Positions 26,032 through 39,590 of a DNA stretch of 64,000 bases are shown piece by piece. Origin of the DNA: Camelus dromedarius (lineage: Eukaryota); contig NC_087436.1 in assembly GCF_036321535.1 (NCBI RefSeq), positions 53,198,001 to 53,262,000 of the forward strand. Reading direction: 5' to 3'. Both the position numbers and the translations under genes were made by a program. Numbering within the stretch: position 1 is the stretch's first letter; the number at the start of each line of letters is the position of its first letter. The notes under the pieces were generated by a model. The model was not told the DNA's origin and ran no database searches. It worked only from the letters and a program-made list of their open reading frames with translations.

Positions 26032-26983
26032 ATCTAGCTCTTAAACAAGTATCCCAATTCTTTTTTATTTTTTGATGCAGACAGTATTAAATGTGCTTTC
26101 CAGTGAAAAATTCTTCTGGCTTTGAGTAAAAATTGGAACAGTACCTCAGATGTTACTCACTAAGGTAGAGAAACTGACCCTATCTCCCAGTTTCCAATTT
26201 TATGGAAACTTCAAGGGGGAGACAGATTGCAATGTAAAATTCTCCCCTGTCTTAATGCTTTTTACAGTGACATGTTATGTGTTTGTGAATATTTATTTTT
26301 TCTGTTTTTAAGATTTACCCAACTTTTAATTTTAAAGCAACAAGATTTTCTCTCCCAGCTTAAATAACATCTTACCACATTCTTTGACCATGATGTTATA
26401 CGTAAATATGTATTTTCTTCTGTCATTGAAATTACAAGGCTTAAGAAAAATTTCTACTGAAATAATTTCCAATTTCCTTAATAGTTGTTTTTCCCTCTGG
26501 CAGCCCCCAGGCATATGTCAGAGAAAATTAAGTGAAGCAGTATATTTTAATCTTGGATTGTTCTAGACAAAAAAACGTGATACCCTTGTGATAAGCATTT
26601 AACAATATACAATAGCAGTGCAACTTTGGTTTCCTTTATTGCTTCTATTTTTAAATAACTAAAAACCACTATAGTTGCTTAGATTTCTGGGTGACTACGC
26701 TTGCTTTGCCCTGAGTAGAAAGGGAACTTTTCTCAAAAAGATAGGTTGTTGGGTAAGGAAAACATAGCCTCTGCCAAAACGCTCTGAACAATAGGATTTA
26801 GAATGGGTTCTCATATTACATTTATGAAAATGAAAGAAAACAAATACACATTCTTGTCATTTACTGAATAAAGAAGATACTTAAAAATCTCAGCCATTTT
26901 CGTGTTTTGAAAGATAACCAGAAAGGAATTCAAAGTTTTTATGAACCCCATGCCCTACAGGTTGGCCCATTAGGCCTAATTAC

Positions 26984-27173
26984 CTGCTCAGTTGATGTCT
27001 TTCCATAGATCTGGGTAGCACTTTTGATTTTGCTGGTGAATTTGGGGGCGATTTGACTTTCTGTGGCCTCCCAGTCTCTGCTGCTGGTTCTGCTGAGGTG
27101 TTTCTTCTGAGGTGAGTTAACAAGTTTATCTGAGCCAGCTCAGCATGAATCAAAGCTGAGACCCACTCCTTTT
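26984..27173 (-). CDS. C4orf17: C4orf17 coding exon 6 ([27 protein letters not shown]...MERHQLS)
   Basis: atcag acceptor after a T-tract, AG|gtaatt donor, 190 bp phase 1-2. Confidence 0.92.
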
Positions 27174-27886
27174 CTGATTTAAAAAAAAAGAAGGGGCCAT
27201 GAAGGTTATAATTATCACATTAGCGAGAAACACAGGATTAGTTCTTTGACCCAGCTCTCCAGCGTTGAAAGGTAATCTGTTTCGGGGGTAGGCCCCTATG
27301 TGTGAGTCAGAGTTTCTGCAGCAAGGTGGTTCACATCAACCTAGTTTCTGTTGACCTGTGATACTGTAGAGTGCTCAGAGTAGTCAACTCACTGGGGTCC
27401 TTGTCCCTGAATGGCAGTGGAACAGAGTTTAAATACTGAGTACAAAACCCAGCCTTACAGGCCACTGCCAAATTTAAAAAAATAATAATAAGGATATCTA
27501 TATAAAATATTAAGTATAATATGATCTCATTAAAATAAAAACTAATAGTTAAATAACATTTATAAGCATCTCTACAAAGATATATATACCAAAGTATTAC
27601 TAAAATGACGTCTGTAATAATTTTATTATTTTTCCTCTTTTTTTTTTTTCTGGTTCATCTGTTTTTCATCCAACAATAAGCACTTAATACTTGTGTAAAT
27701 TTTTAAAAGTTACATTCTTAAAAAGTGGGGGAAAAAAAGAATAACTAAAAGCTCCTGACCCCCAAATACTTTTCAATTGCCTGCCAAGTAATCTTGAATT
27801 CTTGAGGTAAGGTGCTATCTCCAAAATGCTCCCCATTTCAAAACATTAGTCTGTCCCTAACACATTGGTATTTCCTTTGATTCATG

Positions 27887-27985
27887 CAGTGATTTTCAAA
27901 GAGGGGTCCCCAAACCAGCCCTTCCAGCGTCACCTGGGAACTTGTTAGAAATGCCAACTCTCAGGCCCCGTCCACCTCAGAAGTC
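27887..27985 (+). mobile_element. MER5A-like hAT fragment
   Basis: cagtgattttcaaa...cagcgtcacctgggaacttgttagaaatgc...tcaggcccc. Confidence 0.65.
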
Positions 27986-28548
27986 TGTCTCAGTCTGAGA
28001 CCAGCTGGATTTGAGGATAGCTGCTCTGTGCTATTTATGGTTATCCTACTTGGGACTGGAATATGTCCTCATGGAAACACAGGCACCAGGAAGGACCTAA
28101 AGGAGGCTGGGAGATGACTGACTTGACGGTTTTGGTGAGGAATTGGCAGAGCTGTTAGAGTCTGGAACTTGGAAGGCTGTGCTACTGCCATCCACACCAA
28201 AGGAGGGCAACAGGCTGTGTTCAGGGTTCAGAGCAGGCCAGGAGACATGCTCAGGGAGAGCCTGGGCGTGTGGACTCAGGAGGAGAAGCGCAAACCAGGT
28301 CTGGACACAAGTGTTCCACGTCGCCCAAAGAAGTTCAGCTTGGAGCATAGCAAAGTTTGGGTCACTGCAAGACCAGCTTGCATGCAGCTGGATACATAGG
28401 ACTCTGATACTGAAACACTAGGGAAGTAATATTGCAACATTATCTTTGCAAATCCAAGATAAAAAGCTTCAGATACTGGTACATTCCTAGTTTCTGACAA
28501 AAAAAGAAAAGAAAAAACAGCTCAGTACTTACAAATGCTTAATCTCAC

Positions 28549-28630
28549 CTTTGGAACTTGCATGAAGCAGCCACTGTAGAACTTCTGCCAGAGAATCAGT
28601 CTGTAAAATGTTACAGAGCTTTTCCAGAAT
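28549..28630 (-). CDS. C4orf17: C4orf17 coding exon 5 ([27 protein letters not shown])
   Basis: ctgttag acceptor, G|gtgag donor, 82 bp phase 0-1. Confidence 0.93.
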
Positions 28631-28798
28631 CTAACAGAGAATATTAGAGTTACACAGTAATCAAGGTTTATAAGGTTTGCTTTACTTTCTCCACAATCTC
28701 ATCTTCCCAAATGTCACTGTACACAATGCTCAAGTCAATTGGGGTTTTAGCTCAGGAGCCAGATTTCAATTAGGGAAAAAACATCTTCAATACAAGTA

Positions 28799-29031
28799 CA
28801 GTTGACCCTTGAGAAGGCCAGGGTTGGGGTGCCAACCCTCTAAGAAGTTAAAAATCCAAGTATAACTTATAGTCAGCCCTCTGCATAGGTGGTTGGTCCC
28901 TCCGTACTCACAGTTCCACATCCATAGATTCACCAGCCATGGATCAGGTGGTATCGTAGTATTTACTATTGAAAAATGCACGTATAAGTGGACCTGCACA
29001 GTTCAAACTCGTGTTGTTCCAGGGTCAACTG
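28799..29031. mobile_element. Tigger2a-like TcMar MITE
   Basis: Terminal inverted repeats cagttgaccct / agggtcaactg, TA on the left flank. Confidence 0.8.
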
Positions 29032-29189
29032 CAATAATTTAGGTTAGGTGATGCCGTTTTCTCTTATTTTGTCTGTTCAGTTCCAACATCTTCTAGAGGA
29101 GCAATTCACTTTTTTTTCTCTTTTGTCTATTTGTATAGTTGTTTACAGTTGGAGGCTAAGTCTTGAACCTAATCTATCATTTTGGAAGC

Positions 29190-29730
29190 AGAACACCTTG
29201 CCTGCAATTTTGTTTCCCCTTCCCAAATGAACTCTGTGTATTGTATCTAGAGTGATTTTTCCAAAGTACAACTCTGACCATGTGTTCTTGTACTTATAAA
29301 GTAATTCAGCCCTTGGGATGAAATCTGAACACCTCAATACAGCTTATAAAGTACTTTACTATCTGGTCTCTGCTTAAGTCTTCAGCCCCATCTTTGGCAG
29401 ATTTCTCCCGGCACCCTCTGCTTCAGCCATATTAATTGCTTTTGTTCCTTGAATAACCAGTGCTCTCACCTTTCTTAGCCTTTAGATACGAAGGTCTCTT
29501 GCCTGAGAATGACCCCTTCCATACTTTTCTTCACTTTCTAATTATATCTTAAACATTTTTTTAGATTCCTTGCTCCTTGGAGACTCTCTTAGCTCCAAAT
29601 CGACTTCTATATGTTCTTACAACGCTTGTACAGTCCCTCTCACAAGCTATGTAAATGAAGGAACCCACTGTATTCCCAAACTCCAGTATTTTGTCATTTG
29701 ACACTAAATATTTATAGAATAAATGAATGT
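29190..29730. mobile_element. LINE-2 fragment (others probable at about 30480-30940, 41180-41450, 47990-48365)
   Basis: Degenerate L2 3' motifs (cttcagccatatt...tgttccttgaa; aaatatttatagaataaatgaatg). Confidence 0.55.
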
Positions 29731-30996
29731 GTTTGGCAGACTCTTGGTGTCAATAGTAAAGAGACTATTATTCCTATAAATTGAAGATCTTTGGGAGGAA
29801 GGCTAAAACAAAATGCTAATAGACGCAGAATTCTGTTTTTCTTTTCCTTTAAAGTAGTAACTCCTTCTTACACACCTACCCCTACACCAACATTTCTTGA
29901 TCTCACAACCCATAAAGAGTTACCAGCCTAGATAATAGGAAATTGGAAAGTATTTTAGATTTTTTTTGTAGGCGGCATGAGAGGATGAAGTACCACCAAA
30001 ATGAGTACTATTTTTAGGACCCATTTATACAAGCCAAAAAATCTTGATATGACCTGTTTTCTCACTTTGTTCCCTCTCCTTTCATTTATTTAACAACTAT
30101 TTGATGAAATGCCATGTTGTGCAGGCCAGTTAATATTTTTCAAGCAAAGTGATGAATGCTGAGGAATTAGTTGTGAACAAGACAGATAAGATCCCTTCCT
30201 TCAAAGAGTTTACATTTTAGTGGATTTTATATCAATTGATGGCTAGTTTAGTCAATACCTGTAAGGTGGAAGATACTTTTGAGAGGAAAGCTTCTTAACA
30301 GAAGCCTACATGGCCAGTTCTATGGGATCATGCTGGTCTATTGGTGTGCTCAAGGAAGCAAGACAGCCTTACTAAAACTGCACTCAGCCTGTTACATAGT
30401 TAAGAGTCTATGTGGATAGCTGATTTTCTAAAGTTCTACTTTGATCTTGGTAGCACTTTTCTATTTATTTATTCAACATTCAGTAAACACTTATTTAATA
30501 ATTACTAATTGTCTAGCACTTATCTAGGCACGAAAGATAAAGCAGTAACCAAGACAGACAAGTATATAAGTTTATAACCCCAAGCAGAAAAATTTTGAGA
30601 AAACAGTTGTCTACAGTTAAGGAGAGACGAGTGTTAATTGGTGGAATCTCTGCCTTAAAACATGTGAAGGAAATGTACAGATAATGGAAAGAAGTTGGGG
30701 GTAAGGCCTTTCAAGCATTAGGAAGGCATAAGAAGACATAAGGCCAAGTTTGTTTGGCAAACACCGAGCTTTTCATTATGTCTAAACCAAAGACTGTGTT
30801 TCTGTAAGAGTGACAGGATTCCGGGGAGAATCTGCAAGTGAAAAATAGAAGCAGACCTTGGATTTCAGGCTAAGTAGTTTTAAATCAATTCAGTTGTCAG
30901 TGGGAACCATTAGAGAGTTTTAAGGATACTAGTGATGTGGTTTTTTGTGTATGCATGCTGTTCCCAAGTTACGGATTTAATAAACCTGCCTCTTAC

Positions 30997-31140
30997 TTTG
31001 ATTTCCTGATCCAGATAGTTTGGTATGCAGACAGTGCTCTCTTTGACATCAGTCTTGGCACTTATCACCTCCGAAGAACAAGAGCCAGCAGAAGAGCATG
31101 CCTTTGGTGGTGATGGTGAGTTTTTTACCTTAATTTCTTC
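30997..31140 (-). CDS. C4orf17: C4orf17 coding exon 4 ([48 protein letters not shown])
   Basis: atttag acceptor, AAA|gtaag donor, 144 bp phase 0-0. Confidence 0.93.
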
Positions 31141-32039
31141 CTAAATCAAAGGTCAAAGGTATAATACAATCAATATGTACTTGCATCCATTTATATTTTC
31201 TATGAAAATTGAATGTAAAATGAATGAGAAAGTGCATAGCTAATTGAGAGACATACATGAAAGTAAAAAGAGGTTAGTTTTAATCCTCCATTAAAAATCT
31301 AATTATCAAATATTTGCATTTAGAGACAGAACAAATAGTGATACATTATTTACTTTTTATGAAACCATTTTAAACCCTTGGTTAAACATTCAGGTAATAA
31401 TTTTTTAATATTTAATGTGAAACCATTCTTTATCTTGCAGCTCCTGGTAGCCCAACTCATGATACATGGGATTTTCTGTTGAGTTGGGGAGATTTCTGTT
31501 TTATGGCTGGGAAAAGTCAGCTGAGAAGTTTCATGCTATCTGTGAAGAGACTACATGGTGTGAACTGCAGCTTCCTGACTGCTCAATGCCAGCTGAGAGC
31601 TGGAGAATTGGAGCGGTAAACTAAATTACTTCCCTTGACTAGCTGGAAAAGGAAATAGGCCATTTTCTTGTTCTGGGAGGTAAATATACTTTTTGCAATA
31701 AAAAAAAAAAATCTGTGTCTATTCCAAGAAAGGCTTTTTAATCTTCATAAGTGATATTTTAAGATACATAAGCTGATGGCTGAATGTGTCAACAGCCGGG
31801 ACTGTGGTGATTAGAACTGATAGAACAAAAAGTTGAAAATAAAGCTATCTTGTACATAGATGCACTCCTCTGTTAAGGTTTATTATGTAGAATTCTTGTT
31901 TTGGGGAATAGCTATTATATATATACACACACACAGTCACACATACATATGTGTAAATGGTATGTATATACACACGTATTTGCTTACATGCATACATATA
32001 TGTGTGTATATTTACATGTATATTCCATATGTAACATAG

Positions 32040-32892
32040 GAATTAATAGATCAAAAAGTGAAGCGGAAATGAGACACGAGGTTATAGGATGTTTAGTAGC
32101 CAGTTTTGCCCTGAGATCACTGTCTTACCCTAGAGAACGAAAACTTTCCTTTTTACAGCCTTAAAGTTTCTGAAAGACAGGACTCAAGGCTCAGGACCCA
32201 AATAAAGGCCAACAAAGGGCTACATCCCTCAAGGTGAAGGTGACCTAGAAGTCCAAAATCCTTGAAGAAATATAGCCTGAGATCAAAGTTTGAACTTGGG
32301 TAAGTTGATCTAGGTTGGTAGGGCCTCTGGGTTCCTACAGAAACAAGCACCAATTATCTGGAAGAAAATCCATTTATCATGAGCTTCAGATTCCTATAAA
32401 TGATTTTTCATACATAATGTCCAGGAATTAAGTCATGAATCAAACAAAAAATTATAATGTGAATTAGAAAAAAGATTAACTTAATCCTAATAAAAATGTT
32501 ACATAGCAAAAATTATGAAAGCAGCTAAAGCAATCCTCAGAGGGGGTTTTGTAGCTTTATATATATGTTACAAAGATAAAAGAAGTTAGAAAAAGAACAA
32601 TAAAATACAAAGTGTGAATGGAAAGAGAAAAAAGATAAATAAATCAACAAAAGAGAAACATACAACACAGAGGATCAAAAAAAACCCACAAAAATTAGTT
32701 ATTTGATATACTAATAAAATTGAAACTGATCAGACACAAGCTAACAAAACTGATACGTAAAAGGGTACATCTTACAGATTCTGTGGATATTATGTATAAT
32801 ATGATCCATAAGTTTTAATATTTAAACAAAATGAATAATTTTTAGAAAAAGAATATATTACCAAAATCATTTCAGGAAGAAATAGACACCTA
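32040..32892 (+). mobile_element. Ancient LINE-1 fragments (host of the younger insertion)
   Basis: gaaagcagctaaagcaatcctcagaggg; agttagaaaaagaacaataaaa; caggaagaaatagac ORF2 motifs. Confidence 0.6.
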
Positions 32893-34990
32893 ACAGGCAG
32901 GTTGACAGAACAGGAGGCTGTGGAACTCATCTCCCCCTACAAACACATCAGAAATACAATCTACATGTGGAACAATCCTCACTGAAAACTAACTGGAAAC
33001 TGGCAGAAAGACTCCTGTATAATCAAGGCTGTGAGATCCACGGGGTTAATGGGGGAGGGTGCAGCTCAGTGGTAGAGTGCGTGCTTAGCATGCACGAGGT
33101 CCTGGGTTCAACCCTCAGTGCCTCCAAATAAATAAATAAGTAAATGAAACAAACCTAATTACCTACCCCCTCCCGCACCAAAAAAAAGAAAGAGCCACAG
33201 AGAATAGGGTAGGAAGGGAAGAGAATTGACCTGTGCCGCAGGGAGGGACTCGGAAGTAAAGGGAGAATCCACAGGTTGATACTCGCCCTGAGGAGTAAGC
33301 GGTTCAACGCACTTGTTGAGCACCCAGCCCTCAGGTCCTGCACAGGGAAGATGAGCCCCCTTGGCTGGGTGGAGGACCGCTGGGCCTAGCAGGAGGGCTA
33401 CAGGAAGCCTTGACTCTGCCCTGGACTCTGGACTCTGCTCGTGAGGAGCCCACATGTACTGGCTTGTCCCTGAGGCAGCTCAGTGAGGAAGGATTAAAGA
33501 CTGCCCCAGTGGCTGCCCGGTTCCTGCCACCACCCCAGCGTGCGTCGCAGCCTGAGCCAAGTGAACGTTTCAGCCCTGCTTACTTCACCTTCACGGATCC
33601 CCACTGGAGCGAGGGCTGCCACAGCTGGGGAGAGAGCTTGACTGTGAAATGCAGAGGTGACTCAGATCTGGGGTAGCTTCTGGGTGGGGTGGGGTGGGGT
33701 GGCCATTATTGGTGCTACTCAGGCAGGTGCTACTCAGAAGCAGCCTGGAACTCTGATAGCAGCCAGTCCATCACAGCCTGCTCCTGATACATACTGAGAG
33801 CCCACACAGCCCCACCTGCCCTGCACTGTGGCTGCACACAGGGTCAGGGCAGTAGAGGCTGGGAGGAGTGATCGGCTGTAACGGACAAAGAGGACTTGAA
33901 CCCTGGGCTGCGTCTGAGCAGGGTGAGGGCAACAACTGCTGTTGTTCACACAGGTGGCACATCAGAGCCAGTTTGGATTCTGTCTGTGGCCAACCTGCCA
34001 CAGCCCATGCCCCATCATGAGCCTGCAAGTCCCCCTCTTCCTTCAGCACAGTTTCCCTCTGAGGCAAGGGTCCCAGTGCTGGGAGAAGGGGAAGCACACT
34101 TAAAGGGAATAGCCACCTCAGACCTGACCCTCAGAGCTGCTGCTCCAGCAGCTTGGGATCCGACCCCACCACCATTAGGGTGGTGATGGCCACTGAGCAG
34201 AGAGGAGCCCCACCTCACACCTGGCTCAAACCTTAGTCCCTCCATCTACATCCCCATCTCCTACCAAGGTGACAGCTGCCAGTACCTTCTGAGGAAAGGC
34301 GTGACTTATATCCACATCAAATCTAGCCCTTCAACAACAAAAAAATCTAGCTCTTCAACCAAAGGCACTGGGCATAAGCAGTCTGTATAGGGGTGTTCCT
34401 GCATATGGACACCCCTTCAAGACTGCAGTTGGTAACTGTTTCACCTAAATTTATAGAGACAGAGAAAATTAAATAAAATGAAAAGGCAGAGGACCTACTC
34501 TCATTGAAAGAGCAAGAGAAAACCCCTGAAAAAATGACACAGAGATAGATAGTCTATCAGACAATGAGTTCAAAAAGTTGGTAATAAAAATGCCTTTAGA
34601 ATCACTAGAGTAGCAGATACCTGATGCCCTGTAGAGGGAACTGGTCTTTCTTTCTTGGGCCCAAGGCTCCATTACCTAATTCTCCTGTATATTCAAAGAA
34701 GTTAATGAAACTCCCACCAAGATTGTCATAACCTCCTTCACTGCTGGATTGAATTTCACATTTCCCTGGCTAACTTTAAATCATTTAATCTTGTCCCATT
34801 TGACTCTGAAACCACTACTATGTATAAAACAGGTAAGCAACAAGGATATATTGTACAGCACAGGGATTATAGCCATTATTTCATAATAACTTCCAATAGA
34901 GTTTAATTTATAAAAATACTGAATCATTAAGCTGTACCCCTGAAACTAATATAATATTGTAAATCAACTATACTTTAATTTAAAAAAGAA
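32893..34990 (+). mobile_element. Internally deleted LINE-1: 5'UTR + first about 38 codons of ORF1 + 224-bp foreign insert + last about 175 bp of 3'UTR
   Basis: GC-rich 5'UTR, ORF1 ATG at 34478 (MKRQR...NEFKKLVIKM), 3'UTR tail ending in an A-run. Probable TSD aagaaataga(c/aa)acct at 32877 and 34990. Confidence 0.8.
33050..33190 (+). mobile_element. tRNA-Ala-derived camelid SINE (Vic-1 type)
   Basis: ggggagggtgcagctcagtggtagagtgcgtgcttagcatgcacgaggtcctgggttcaacc + taaa repeats + acctaattacctaccccc + A tail. Confidence 0.88.
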
Positions 34991-35014
34991 AGAAATAGAA
35001 AACCTGAACAGTTT

Positions 35015-37740
35015 TATTGATGAAACAGATTTCAAAGCAAAGAATGTTATCAGGGTTGAAGATGGTAAATTTATGATGATAATAGGGTCATTTCATCAAG
35101 AGGACAAAGCAAATAGGTATTCTAATAAAAGAGCTTCAAAACATATGATTAAAACCTGATAGATATGAAAAGAGAAATATAGAAATCCACAATTATAGTC
35201 AGATTTCAACCCCTTTCTCTCAATAACTGATAGAAAAAGTAGGCAGCAAATTAGTAAGGCTATAGAAGACTTGAATAACAGTATTAACCAACTTGACCTG
35301 ATTGATATTTAGATTATTCTCCCCAGAACAGCAGAGTGAACATTCTTTTTACAGACACATGGAAAATTTAATTAAGGTCGGCCATATTCTGGGCCATATA
35401 ACAAGTCACAATAAATTTTGAAAGTCTCAAAGTAAACAAAGTATGTTCTCTGACCACAATGGAATTAAATTGGAAATCAGTCACATAAAGATAGCATTAA
35501 AATCCCCAAATATTTGGAAATTATATAACATAATTTTAAGTAACCCATGTGGTCAAAGAAGAAACTTTAAATGAAATTAGGAAATATTTTGAACAGAATG
35601 AAAAGGAAAACTCAACATAGTAAAATTTGGGGGATGCAGCCAAAACAGTGTTTATACAAAACTTACGATATGTGCTTATATGAGAAGGGAAAAATGTCTC
35701 AGGTCAACGACCTAAGTTTTCATCTTATATAAAGACATGAACCAAAGTCAATGAAATGGACACAGAAAATCAAAACAATAAAGATCATCGATGAAATGAA
35801 AAGCTGATTCTTTATGAATCAATGAAACTAATAAACCTCTAGCTAGACACATCAGGGAAAAAAACAGACATAAGTTACCAATGTCAGGAATGAGAGACAG
35901 AACATCTCTACAGGTCATATAATCATTTAAAGGATATTTTATGAATGACTTTATACCGGCAAATTCAATGACAGATGAATGGACAAATTTTTTGAAAAAC
36001 AAACTACCAAACTCACTGAAGAAGAAACAGAAAACCTATAGCCTATATCTGTGAAAATAAGAAACTGAATTTGCAGTTAAAAACCTTGATTCAAAGAAAA
36101 CTCCAGATTCAGATGGCTTCACTAAAGAATTCTACTAAACTTTTAAATAAGAAACAATACCAATTCTACATAAAATTTCCCGGAATATTAAAATGAAGTT
36201 TCCAACTTATTTTATGAAGCAAGTATTTTACTGATACCAAAACCAGGAAAGACATTGCAAATAAACTACAACTATTTCTTATGAACATAGACACAAAAAT
36301 GCTAAACAATGTTTTATGAAATTAAATTAAATGTAGAAAAAGAAAACATATGACCAGGTGGAGTTTTTTCCCAGCACTGCAATGTTAGTTTAACCTTTGG
36401 AAGTTAACCAATACAATTCACTATATTAACAGACTAAAAAGGAAAAATAATATGATCACTTCAAACAGATGCAAAAAAGCATTTGGCAAAATCCTACCCC
36501 TATTTCAGATAAAAATTCTCAGAACACTAGGAGTAGAAAGGAACTTCCTCAGCCATATAAAGAGCATCTGTGAATAACATAACATAACATCATAATGGTG
36601 AAAGTCTGAACGCATTCCCCCTATGATTAGGCACAAGGCAAGGATGTCTGCCGTCATGACTTTTATTCACCATTGTGCTAGAGGTTAGCCATCGCAGTAA
36701 GGCACAATAGAGAGAAACAGCATGTGAATTTGAAACTATAATAGAAAATTTTTTAATTTGGGTTTCATCAAAATTATAAATTTTGGTTCTTCAAAAGACA
36801 CTATTACAAAAAATAATAATAATAAGCCTCAAGCTGGAAGAAAACATTTGCAAAATATGTATATGACAAAAGGATTATATCTAGAATACATAAGTAACCT
36901 CTAAACTTAATAATAAAAAGACCAACAACCTAATTTTAATATTTGAACTTACACTTTTCGTAACAAGATATATAGATGGCAAGTAAGAACATGAAAAGAT
37001 GTCACTGGTCATTGGGGAAATGCAAATTAAAACCACAGTGTGATACCAATACATAACCACTAGATTAGCTAAAATTTAAAATGCTGACCAGACTTAAGTT
37101 TGGCAAGATATGCAGAAAAGTAAACTCTCATACACGGCAGGTGGGAATGTAAAATCGTACCGCCATTTTGGAAAACTCTTTGGCAGTTTCTTAACAACTT
37201 AAACACCTATTACAAGACCCAGTCATGCCACTCCAGCGTATTCACCCAAGAGAAAAGAAAATATCTACCCATACAAACACTTGTACACAGATGTTTATAT
37301 CAGCTTTGTTCAAAATTGGAAACAAGCTAAATGTCTATCAATAGATGAACATGTAAATAAATTCTGGGATACCAGTAAAATTAAATACTATCAGCAATAA
37401 AAAAGGAATGAATGATACACATAACAACATGGATGAATATTAAAATAATTATGCTGAGCTAAAGGAACCAGGTTTTAAAAAAGAGAGTTCACTATAAATT
37501 TCATTTACATAAAATCCTAAAAATTGCTTGCTAATCTTTGGTGACAGCAGATAAATGTTTGCGTGTGGGAGGACCAGGGTCATGAGAAAACTTCAGGGAG
37601 TAATAGGCATGTTCATTCTCTTGATTTCAGTGGTGGCTTCCCAGGTGTGGATGTACATTTGTCAAAAACGCATCAAACTGTACACTTTAAATATATGCAT
37701 TTTATAGCATATTAAGTTATACTTAAATAAAGCTGTAAAA
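35015..37740 (+). mobile_element. Old LINE-1 ORF2 (EN/RT remnants, internally deleted) + 3'UTR (L1MC/ME-like)
   Basis: Numerous ORF2 motifs (ctctgaccacaatggaattaaattggaaatc; gatggcttcact; ggaaatgcaaattaaaaccaca), ends aataaagctgtaaaa. Confidence 0.85.
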
Positions 37741-37843
37741 AATAATTGTGAAAAGTGCCTTTCCAGGAAGGTATGTGAAGAAAAGGAGAGGAAATGACAG
37801 AAGTCAAAACTAACTAGGTAGCTGTAAATAGTTGTTTCTTTAC

Positions 37844-37908
37844 CTTCTGAAGTCCTAAGGGATTCTCACTGGAAGTTCTGAAGCACTCTTTGATTTTTCG
37901 ACAGGGCT
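37844..37908 (-). CDS. C4orf17: C4orf17 coding exon 3 (EPCRKIKECFRTSSENPLGLQK)
   Basis: catttcag acceptor, AAG|gtaaag donor, 65 bp phase 1-0. Confidence 0.92.
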
Positions 37909-39369
37909 CTGAAATGAGAGTGGGGAAAAACATACTTATATCAAACTGAAGAAAAACATTCACATGACATATACATCATATGCTGAGATAGATGAGAGTT
38001 TATCTGAATTTCATTTAAGGTCAACTCGGGGATACATTTATAAATATTAGAAAACTTGCAGGTAGAATTGTCCTATGATAACATGATAAAAGCATATTTA
38101 TATTACAAAACTATTTCTATGCCCAGGAAGGTGATTTAAAGAAACACTATAAGAGCTTCCTTGATCTGGGTAAACTGATTTTTTAAAGTGCATATTTAAG
38201 TTTAAGAGGAGATATGTGCTGAGTTAAAATTACATCCTTTATTTTACTTATTTCATCTGTCTTTCAATCCTACCCATTTCACACAGTCATCTTACTAAAT
38301 CCCCTGAATTACCCTAAACTACCTGAATATTTGCTTAACTTCCCTTTGCATTAATTTAAAGATATAGTCTGTGTAAGCGATGCTGTGTTGTTGTTTTTTT
38401 ACTGAAGCCAACACAACAACTTGTTAAAAGATGAAAAGATTTTATATGTATCCCCAGTAGTAACTGAATTCATTAGTTTTAGCTGAAGAAAGATTTTTTT
38501 TTTTAATTTGGAAAGCTAGCTCTCTCCAAGTAGTGAGAAGAAAGTTATGAATGCTGAGTCTACTCAGTGTTCATCTGTGGCAAACGGAAACCACTCTAGC
38601 TATTTTAAGCAAAAATGTCAATAATGCAGGGAATTAAGTGTTTGTAATATCATTGGAAGGACTGGAGCAATGAACTCTGGTCTTGACCTTCACAAATCAC
38701 TTCAAGAACAACACCGTGCACCTGGCCCACCACGAGGGGCACAGCCTTTATCCCAACTCAGGAGGCATGGCTATGTCAACTGCTGTCACAAAAAGCCCCT
38801 GGACCACTGCTGCAGTCAGAAAGCCACCACATCTGCTGACTTGCCTTTTGACATCTGTAAATCCAGAATCTGAACCCTGGGATGTTGCAGTAGGAAACCC
38901 CTGTCTCCAGTCATGCTTGGTAGCAGACAGCAACCAAAAAGATGCCTTCAGCTGCGCCCACATCTGCGATACAAATCTTACTAGATGGCACCATCTAATT
39001 CTCATCAAGGGACCCTTGCAAATGTAATTTTTAAAGTTTCCCGTTTTACAGTATAAGAAGGGACAGCAAAAAGAAGGTGAACAGGTGGGCTTTAGTTCTT
39101 CCTGGCTAGTGGAAAGGAGGGAAGAGGGTGAAGGAAGTGAACAAGTGTGGAGGCTTTAGGATGGAATTACATAGTAAGTACTCTATGAATGATCCCTTTT
39201 ATCGTTATTTTTTGGGAAATATATATATACTTTACCACATTATACCAAAATAATTTTCTTGTGCCCTGAAACTTAGTAAGAGTTTATAATTATATAAGGC
39301 AGGAGAAAGAGAACTAGACACAATTTCTACCAATCAGAATTACTTTTATTGTACTGTGCCTTTTAGATT

Positions 39370-39590
39370 TTGCCGTACTGTGCTTTTTTCTTACTAGTTT
39401 AAGTTGTACAACATAATGATATGTATGTGATCACATGTATATTGCAAAATGGTTATCACAGTTTACTTCGCATTCATCACCATACATCGTTGCCCTTTTT
39501 TTCTTGTGATGTGAAATTTTAAGATCTACTCTCATAACTTTCAAATATATAATACAGTGTTATTAACTGCAGTCATCATGCTGTACATTT
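39370..39590 (-). mobile_element. LINE-1 3' terminal fragment (L1MA-like)
   Basis: gtttaagttgtacaacataatgat...aagatctactctc...ttattaactgcagtcatcatgctgtacatt. Confidence 0.7.

Noticed and set aside
33050..33125. Apparent tRNA-Ala gene
   Set aside because: It carries the SINE-specific tail and poly(A), is nested in an L1, and has an imperfect acceptor stem. It is a SINE, not a tRNA gene.
33155..34245. Cluster of GC-rich overlapping ORFs / CpG-island-like region
   Set aside because: Falls within the L1 5'UTR. No recognisable protein or splice structure.
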